Below are positions 58,303 to 64,000 of a stretch of DNA of 64,000 nucleotides, piece after piece. Source of the stretch: Saprospiraceae bacterium (GTDB lineage: Bacteria; Bacteroidota; Bacteroidia; Chitinophagales; Saprospiraceae); the NCBI GenBank assembly GCA_965215215.1, contig OZ244043.1, positions 2,610,351 through 2,674,350 on the forward strand. Reading direction: 5' to 3'. The notes under the pieces were generated by a model, which was not told the origin of the DNA, searched no databases, and worked only from the letters and a program-made list of their open reading frames with translations. The position numbers were made by a program, and so were the translations under genes. The stretch's first letter is position 1. Every line of letters begins with the position of its first letter.

Positions 58303-59100
58303 TGATCGGACGTAGGCGATAGCGGTAATGGACGTGGGTAAGCCGCAGGGCTCCGCCCCGACGCCCCGGTGAGGGTAGCTCATGGTTGGGATAATGGATA
58401 AGTAGATGCTGCCTCCGTGCGTAGGCGGTGGACGCGCGGCGCGCCCAGTCACGATTCTAACGGCGCACATAGCACGAGCGCTGCGTGGCTGGCGGCGCGC
58501 GGGCTGGGCATTGCGCCTCGGGCTACTCCTCGATGAGCTGCCGTATTTTAATAAACTGCTGCCAAGTACTCGTTCGCCAGTAGGGCTCCATAGCTGATCT
58601 GCTCATCTTGACAACCTCACCGGGGGGTGAGCGGATGCAAGTCGAGATTGAGGCATTATGGGTAGTATCCTTGAAGATCAGGAACACTCTTTACGCCAGT
58701 GCCCCATCGTGCTAAGAGCCCAGGAAGCGAATTTCATCCTTGTAATCTGAAACCACAGCTTTCGGATTACAGGGATAAAGATGCTCCGTCGGTTAAATGC
58801 GACCAAAACTGCACGTGCGCGACAGCGGCCTACTGCACGCCGTCAACTTCATCGAGGACCAGCTTCAGTTATCAAACAGCCTATTGCAGGGTGCCCGGCT
58901 ACGCGGAGGCGGTCCGGAAGCCGATCGTTCGCTGAGTCGACCTACGCGGTTAAGCCTACGAGGGGCCGCTCCGAACGGGGCGACCCCTCCTGTTTTGTGG
59001 CAACTGCGTCCAAGGGCTTCCGCGGAAGCGGCGGTACTGCCGGTTGATACGTAGCGATCGCCTTGCGGCAAAACTTCCCCTAGCTCGTACCTTACCGAAC

Positions 59101-59736
59101 ATGTCCAGGCCCATCCTCGCAACTCCCCCCTTCGTGGTCGACCCCCGGCGCCGGTACACGCTCGCGGAATGGCAGACCGTCGAGGAGATCACCGGCGAGC
59201 GCTACGAGTACCACGAGGGCAAGTTGATCTCGGTACGCGCGATGGCCGGCGGTAGCGGGGCGCACGCTTTGATTGCTGGCAACGTCACAGGCAGCTTATT
59301 CAAAATCGTCACCAAGAACGACAATGGCTCCGTAGGCTCGCGGTGCGGGGTTTATTCTAGCGACTTGCGACTCATGGTCGCTCCCGACGATCGATACGTG
59401 TATCCCGACGCAGCCGTCGTCTGCGGCCGCCCGGTATACGATAGCTCGGTACCGACCGCGGTCAGCAACCCGAAGGTGATCGTGGAGGTGGTGTCGCCGA
59501 GTAGCGCGGGCTTCGACGCCGGAGAGAAGTTCGATTTTTACGCCACGTTGGAAAGCCTGCGCGATTACGTGCTGGTCGCACAAGATCGACCCCGCGTGGA
59601 GGTGCGCTCCCGCGAGCACGCCGGTTCCCCATGGACGATCGCGGTCAGCGAGGGAATGAACGCCCGGGCTCACCTCGGCGCACTGGCAGACAGCCTGCCG
59701 CTGGGGGAGGTGTATCGACTCGTGGAGTTCGGGTAG
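59101..59736 (+). CDS. Uma2-family (DUF820) endonuclease-fold protein, second copy
   Basis: YTLAEWQTVEE...YEYHEGKL, PDAAVV and VIVEVVSPSS...K. Start at the ATG at 59101. Confidence 0.8.
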   Translation: MSRPILATPPFVVDPRRRYTLAEWQTVEEITGERYEYHEGKLISVRAMAGGSGAHALIAGNVTGSLFKIVTKNDNGSVGSRCGVYSSDLRLMVAPDDRYVYPDAAVVCGRPVYDSSVPTAVSNPKVIVEVVSPSSAGFDAGEKFDFYATLESLRDYVLVAQDRPRVEVRSREHAGSPWTIAVSEGMNARAHLGALADSLPLGEVYRLVEFG

Positions 59737-59810
59737 CCGACCGCGCCCGGGCTCGCGTTGCGTGCGCCCGAATCCGAAGCGACTTTTCGCCTGTAAAACG
59801 TTGTTGGAGC

Positions 59811-60182
59811 GTGCCCGCCGCCGTGCCCCAGCCGCTTTTGTTCCGCTCCACCCTGCAGCACTTCCCCGGGGTGGGGGCGCCGCACTACTTCGCGGTCCCG
59901 GAGGAGGTCGCCGCGGCGCTCGGCGGCAAGCAGGGCGTCCGCCTCCAGAGCGTCCGCCTCGCGGTCACGGTCGACGCCAAGTTCACCGACTACCTCGGGC
60001 TGCGGCGGCGCAGCGGGGTCTTCTTCGTGAGCGCGGGCGTCGCCGTGCGCAACCGCTGCCGCGTTGACCGCCGCGCGGGCCTGCAGCAGTGCGTGGGCTA
60101 CGGGCTGGAGGAATGGTGGCACGGCCGGCACGGGGCTGCGGAGCCAGGCTTCGGGGGCCGGCATGGTGGGCCGGCATGGTGA
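59811..60182 (+). pseudogene. truncated duplicate of the DUF1905/YdeI gene 5' part
   Basis: About 255 nt (59811..60065) align to 54973..55210 at roughly 85 percent identity by eye. The copy has a 15-nt internal insertion (59935..59949 duplicated at 59950..59964). Downstream, the frame runs into unrelated Gly/Arg-rich sequence containing a 13-nt tandem repeat (60157..60188). Confidence 0.5.
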
Positions 60183-60235
60183 GCCGGCGAGGTCGGTGCT
60201 GCCGGGCACACCTGGCCCCCGCCAGTCCGTAGGTG

Positions 60236-60249
60236 GCTTTCGCCAAAAC
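60236..60249 (-). repeat. dispersed word (GCTTTCGCCAAAAC)
   Basis: Unassigned sequence downstream of the DUF1905 remnant. Confidence 0.85.
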
Positions 60250-60343
60250 GAGTCGCAGAGTGGCGCTGCCTCAGCGGTAGCGAGGCGCGCCGCCTCTTCG
60301 AGCTGGCGGCCGTCCGAAAAAATTGGTCGCTAGCAAATCGACC

Positions 60344-60922
60344 CTATCCCATCGTCTCGGAGGCTTGCGCCACGTGCCGCTCGTTGTGCCACACGAGTGT
60401 ATACAGCATGTCGCCGAGCCGTAGGCGAACAAGCGGGAAGGCTGAGACGGGTATTCGCGAGCCGTCCAGCCGTTTGTCGCGTAGCGCGCGTAGTACGGAC
60501 CCGTAGCTACACTGATTGGCCACGAAGCTGGTCACCACCCGCCCGGCGTCGAGTGGGGAGCCCAGCGGGTTCATGTTGCCCGGACTGCGCACCGGCTTCG
60601 TGCGCCCGCTCACGTGCATGGTCCGCGCGAAGGGTTTGCCGAGTAGTCCGGGGCGGTACGGGGCGTCGGGGTTGCTGCGGATTTTGGCGGAAGCGGTGCG
60701 GGCTTCTAGGCGGGGGAGGTAATGGTCGGCGTAGCGATTCAGGTGCTCGAGGCACTCCAGGGCGCTCCACTTCCCCGCGCCCGGTCGGCGATTGAGCGCG
60801 GCGTCGCTTTTCTCCGGGAGGCTTTCGCCAAAACGAATTAGGCCCATTTGGATGGCGAGCAAATCTTCCAGCGCTTGTTCCTCCGTTTTGGCGAAAGCGG
60901 AACGGGAGTTGGCGGGGTGCAT
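60344..60922 (-). CDS. DinB-superfamily protein
   Basis: WSALECLEHLNRYADHYLPRLE and WHNERHVAQA are four-helix-bundle His motifs of the DinB_2 type. Confidence 0.75.
   Translation of the reverse strand: MHPANSRSAFAKTEEQALEDLLAIQMGLIRFGESLPEKSDAALNRRPGAGKWSALECLEHLNRYADHYLPRLEARTASAKIRSNPDAPYRPGLLGKPFARTMHVSGRTKPVRSPGNMNPLGSPLDAGRVVTSFVANQCSYGSVLRALRDKRLDGSRIPVSAFPLVRLRLGDMLYTLVWHNERHVAQASETMG
60821..60834 (-). repeat. dispersed word (GCTTTCGCCAAAAC)
   Basis: Inside the DinB gene (RFGES). Left arm of a perfect inverted pair. Confidence 0.9.
60885..60899 (+). repeat. dispersed word GTTTTGGCGAAAGCG
   Basis: Inside the DinB gene (AFAKT). Right arm of the perfect inverted pair. Confidence 0.9.
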
Positions 60923-60993
60923 GGGCGTGAGGGTTGGGGGCCGATCGATGACGCAAGGCTAGGAGATGTGGAATGGGCGGACCTTGATCAGAC

Positions 60994-61587
60994 TCAAGAT
61001 TTCGCCCGCAGGCGACTCAGCGTCTCGGGCGTCATCCGCAGGTACGAGGCGATGTAGCGGAGGGGGACGTGCTGGAAGAGCTGGGGGCTGCGCCGCAGCA
61101 CGGTTTCGTAGCGGCGCCTAAACGAGGGTTCGAGTAGATCGAGCTCGCGGGTTAGGAGCTCGCAGGCTAGAACTTCCAGCATCGAGGTGTAGGCGGCCTG
61201 GTGCTCGGGGCTCGTGGCGAAAAGTGCCTGTAGTTGGGACCGATCGAGCCTGTAGCCGGTGCAGCGGCGGATGCACTGCAGGCCTAGGGGCGAAGCTGTG
61301 TTTAGGAGCAGGCCCGGGAGGGCGGCCAACACCTCTCCGGGGTAGCCGAGCCGGATGGTCTGGCGGCCGCTTTCGGTGTCGAGGTAGGCGTGAGCCGCTC
61401 CGGATCCGAATAGGTACAGGGAGCTCGTCGGGGCCAGAGGCGCCTGAATGAGTTGCCCGCGCGCTACTTCGAAGGGGGTGCCTACCCGGTGACCGTGCTC
61501 GAAGATCGTCTGTCGATACACTGGGAGGGCGCTTCGCGGTGTACTCCCTTTATGCATGGCAAATCGACCTTCGAACACTGCTTCCAA
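60994..61587 (-). CDS. Crp/Fnr-family transcriptional regulator
   Basis: A cNMP-binding-like N-domain and a C-terminal HTH, LRYIASYLRMTPETLSRLRAK. Confidence 0.75.
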   Translation of the reverse strand: MEAVFEGRFAMHKGSTPRSALPVYRQTIFEHGHRVGTPFEVARGQLIQAPLAPTSSLYLFGSGAAHAYLDTESGRQTIRLGYPGEVLAALPGLLLNTASPLGLQCIRRCTGYRLDRSQLQALFATSPEHQAAYTSMLEVLACELLTRELDLLEPSFRRRYETVLRRSPQLFQHVPLRYIASYLRMTPETLSRLRAKS

Positions 61588-61776
61588 ACAACCCCCGCCA
61601 GGTTTCAGGCAAAAGTTAAGCCCCCAACCCTCACGCGATGTAGCTCGTGTAGTTTTTCCGGGTGGGCACCCCCCGCGCGGGCTTCCCGTAAGCTGAGGCG
61701 AAGGTGCGAAGTAGGCGCTCGGGCCGGCACACCGTCTTTATTTGGAGTGAGGTTGCAGTGGCCGCTAGCGTGTCCC

Positions 61777-61855
61777 AAATCGCAGTATTACGCAAAATTT
61801 GGCGATTACAATCGCAAGAATTAACTGAATCTTGCGATTAAGCCTCCGCCAAAAC
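61777..61855 (+). repeat. 79-nt repeat copy A (four AATCGC/GCGATT half-sites plus the dispersed word at its 3' end)
   Basis: Half-sites lie at 61778-83, 61802-07, 61810-15 and 61834-39. The copy ends with GCCTCCGCCAAAAC. It matches copy B at 63/79 positions without gaps (hand count). Confidence 0.8.
61842..61855 (-). repeat. dispersed word, variant (GCCTCCGCCAAAAC)
   Basis: The 3' end of 79-nt repeat A. Confidence 0.6.
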
Positions 61856-62028
61856 GGATTTCTGACTACCAGACTGACCCCTAATCCCCAGTTGGGACGA
61901 GTCAAGGTCAGTCGAGATAGTGGCGTGGCTGGAGAGTGAGCGTCGAACTATCGGACGGGATTCACCGCGCCGGCAGCACCTCGTGCTGGCACGGGTGACC
62001 GCCGATAATCGCGTCCGCGGGCGAACGT

Positions 62029-62043
62029 GTTTTGGCGGAAGCC
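62029..62043 (+). repeat. dispersed word GTTTTGGCGGAAGCC
   Basis: Unassigned region between repeat A and the ATPase gene. Confidence 0.75.
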
Positions 62044-62240
62044 TTGCCTGACGCTGGAAGTTCCTGCTCGCAGTTACGCAACTCACGCAGTACCCAGTAC
62101 CACATCAGTCCGCCGGCGATGACGTAGGCCGCGTTGAAGGCGACGATGCTGACCACCCCGGGGAGCATGGGTACGGCGAGCTCGACGAGGGTGCGCGCGA
62201 TGGGGCCGCGGGGGAGGCCATTTGGGGGAAGATCGAGTCG

Positions 62241-63326
62241 CTACCTCACAAACCCCGTAAAATTCTCCCGCGTCACCACCTCCCAGGTATGCTCCGGGTA
62301 AGCCGCCGCGAACGTCCCCGGGAGGCGCTTGCGCCGCCGCGGATTCCAAGTAAACTCAAAGGCCGCCAGCCGCCCGCCGGACTCCTCGAGGTAATCGATC
62401 TCCTGCCGACTGTGCGTTCTCCAGAAATAGGAGTTGGGTGCCCGCCCGCCGTAGTGATTGGCCTTCAGGCGCTCCGCTACGAGGTAGTTCTCCCACAAAG
62501 CGCCCGTATCCTGTCGGAGGTCGAGCGGGTTAAAGTTCGAGATGAGGGCATTGCGCACGCCCGTGTCGTAAAAATAGATCTTCCGCGAGCGCTTGAGCTC
62601 ATTGCGTAGGTTGCGACTGAAAGAGCCGAGGCGAAAGACGACGAAGGTCTGTTCGAGTAAGTCGACGTAACGCTCGACGGTTTGGTTGTCCGCCCCGAGT
62701 AGCCAGGCGAGCTCCCCGTAGGATACCTCGTTTCCAACCTGAAAGGCCAGTGCTTGCAACAACTTACGCAGCAGCTCGGGTCGCCGAATGTCACTCAGCG
62801 CAAACAGGTCTCTATAGAGGTAGCTGTCCGCTAGGAGTCTTAAAAGCTCTTCCGCGTCGTCCGCGGCAGTCACTACCTCCGGGTACCCCCCGAAAAGGAT
62901 GTGTCGCTCGAGGCGGCGACGCGCTTCCAAGACACCGTAGTAGCCTTCGAGCTCGGCGTACGAGATCGGGAACAGCCGAAACTCGTATTTCCGACCCGTG
63001 ATGGGTTCGTTCGTGAGGTCCGAGAGCTGAAGCGAGGAGGATCCGGTCACGATGAGCTGTACCTCCGGTAGCTGATCGACGATGAGCTTGAGGGTGAGAC
63101 CAACCCCAGGTACGCGCTGGGCTTCGTCGATCAGTACGGTACCGTGAGATCCGAACAACACGCGAAGCTCGGTGGAGGTCCGGCGCGTCAGGGCATCCCG
63201 AACGTCCGGCTCATCGGCATTCAGGTAGAGCATCTTACCGTGGCCACCCTCGAGGAGCAGCCGCGCCAGCGTCGTTTTCCCTACTTGCCGCGGACCAAGC
63301 ACGATGAGCGCTTTCCCCGCACGCAT
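62241..63326 (-). CDS. AAA+ ATPase with DUF4143 C-terminal domain (AAA_14 type)
   Basis: Walker A GPRQVGKTT and Walker B VLIDEAQ, with a DUF4143-like C-terminal half. The frame stays open upstream to 63419. There it encodes IPRLLQPRLERR, which looks like the normal N-terminus of this family, but no ATG/GTG/TTG start occurs in that stretch. Confidence 0.8.
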   Translation of the reverse strand: MRAGKALIVLGPRQVGKTTLARLLLEGGHGKMLYLNADEPDVRDALTRRTSTELRVLFGSHGTVLIDEAQRVPGVGLTLKLIVDQLPEVQLIVTGSSSLQLSDLTNEPITGRKYEFRLFPISYAELEGYYGVLEARRRLERHILFGGYPEVVTAADDAEELLRLLADSYLYRDLFALSDIRRPELLRKLLQALAFQVGNEVSYGELAWLLGADNQTVERYVDLLEQTFVVFRLGSFSRNLRNELKRSRKIYFYDTGVRNALISNFNPLDLRQDTGALWENYLVAERLKANHYGGRAPNSYFWRTHSRQEIDYLEESGGRLAAFEFTWNPRRRKRLPGTFAAAYPEHTWEVVTRENFTGFVR

Positions 63327-63368
63327 TCGCCGTTCGAGACGGGGCTGTAGTAGTCGCGGTATGTTGTC

Positions 63369-63447
63369 TAATCGCAGGATTAAGCCAAATCTAGCGATTA
63401 CGATCGCAAGATTTATAGAAATCTAGCGATTAGGCTTGCGCCAAAAC
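63369..63447 (+). repeat. 79-nt repeat copy B
   Basis: Half-sites lie at 63370-75, 63394-99, 63402-07 (GATCGC) and 63426-31, with the same spacing as copy A. The copy ends with GCTTGCGCCAAAAC. Confidence 0.8.
63434..63447 (-). repeat. dispersed word (GCTTGCGCCAAAAC)
   Basis: The 3' end of 79-nt repeat B. Confidence 0.85.
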
Positions 63448-63660
63448 AATATAGGGCTCCCCGCAAGGCCCTCTGAAACCACGCTACGACTGCGTTTCGG
63501 CAAAAGCCAAATCCATTCGGTAAAAGGTCACCCTATTCTCGTAGTCCCGATTAAGCTGACCCTGCCTCTCATTTGGAGTAATGCAACCGAACCTCCGGTG
63601 GGAGCCGTCCAACTGCGCAACCTAGAGTTCGAGCAAATCGATGCAGGGTCGAGACAGTGT

Positions 63661-64000
63661 TTAGCGCTGCAGCTTAACAAATTTACCGCGCGCAACCACG
63701 GTACCTTCGGCATCGGTGGCCAGTGCCGTGTAGACCCCGACGGGGAGACCCGCGGTCGACAACTCTCCAAGTCGACCCGCACCGTGGCACCCTACCGGGA
63801 TCGAGGGCCAAGGGCGTCCCAACGCGTCGTAAATGGAAACGCTGAACCAGGGCTCCGTTAGACCATCAGCCCGCAGGAACGCTCGTTCGCCGACAGGATT
63901 CGGGTAAATCGAAAGCGAACCGATCGTGCTGCCGCCCGCAGGACTCAACGCGGGGGCAAATTGGGCTTCGAGCCGATTGATGCGCGCGACATCGATCTGG
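63661..64000 (-). CDS. 3' part of a T9SS-secreted protein gene (5' end beyond the window)
   Basis: The CTD runs SLSIYPNPVGERAFL...GVYTALATDAEGTVVARGKFVKLQR. The frame stays open to position 64000, so the Met in the track is a TTG inside the gene. Confidence 0.6.
   Translation of the reverse strand, partial: QIDVARINRLEAQFAPALSPAGGSTIGSLSIYPNPVGERAFLRADGLTEPWFSVSIYDALGRPWPSIPVGCHGAGRLGELSTAGLPVGVYTALATDAEGTVVARGKFVKLQR

Noticed and set aside
61962-62168. A 68-aa minus-strand ORF with one hydrophobic helix (VVSIVAFNAAYVIAGGLMWYWVL) just downstream of the ATPase gene and in the same frame. The overlapping ORFs 61838..62086 and 62083..62349 were also considered.
   Set aside because: No family signature was found. 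The tail is rich in Arg/Pro/Ala, the ORF contains a copy of the dispersed word, and competing ORFs overlap it. It cannot be supported without expression or conservation data.
61777-63447. The direct repeats flanking the ATPase gene interpreted as the ends of an insertion sequence or integrated element.
   Set aside because: There is no transposase, integrase or recombinase between them, and no terminal inverted repeats or target-site duplication are evident. The repeats are in direct orientation and look more like operator or structured elements.

Overview
This is a high-GC chromosomal window that looks Bacteroidota/Rhodothermota-like. It has several T9SS C-terminal sorting domains, a TonB-dependent receptor, and the DUF4271-hemD pairing. 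All family calls come from motifs read by eye in the ORF-track translations; no searches were run. About 50 credible CDS are present. Housekeeping genes include tatA, smpB, lon, a parE-like topoisomerase subunit, nadE, corA, hemD and an ABC-F ATPase. Two two-component systems are present (OmpR-type and LytS/LytTR). There is also a hook-less SbcCD/YhaON-like nuclease-ATPase pair, a giant AsmA-like protein, and a GMC oxidoreductase with a Tat-signal small subunit. Further genes are a multidomain GH64-like glucanase, a DUF1800/DUF1501 pair, two Uma2 nucleases, DinB, a Crp/Fnr regulator and a DUF4143 ATPase. I saw no rRNA, tRNA, CRISPR array, transposase, integrase or phage genes. Many long antisense ORFs in the track are high-GC artefacts. 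The most unusual signal is a 14-15 nt word, GTTTT(A/G)GCG-N-AAGC(G). It recurs at least 36 times in both orientations, inside genes in every stop-free frame and between genes, which resembles an uptake-signal-like or HIP1-like iterated element. Other points of interest: a 79-nt direct repeat built from AATCGC/GCGATT half-sites upstream of two genes; two LAS-peptidase-like paralogs bracketing the DUF1800/DUF1501 operon plus a 1-kb AT-rich ORF-free gap; a Tat-signal plus T9SS-CTD protein; a partial gene duplication; and a 30-bp tandem duplication in a signal peptide.
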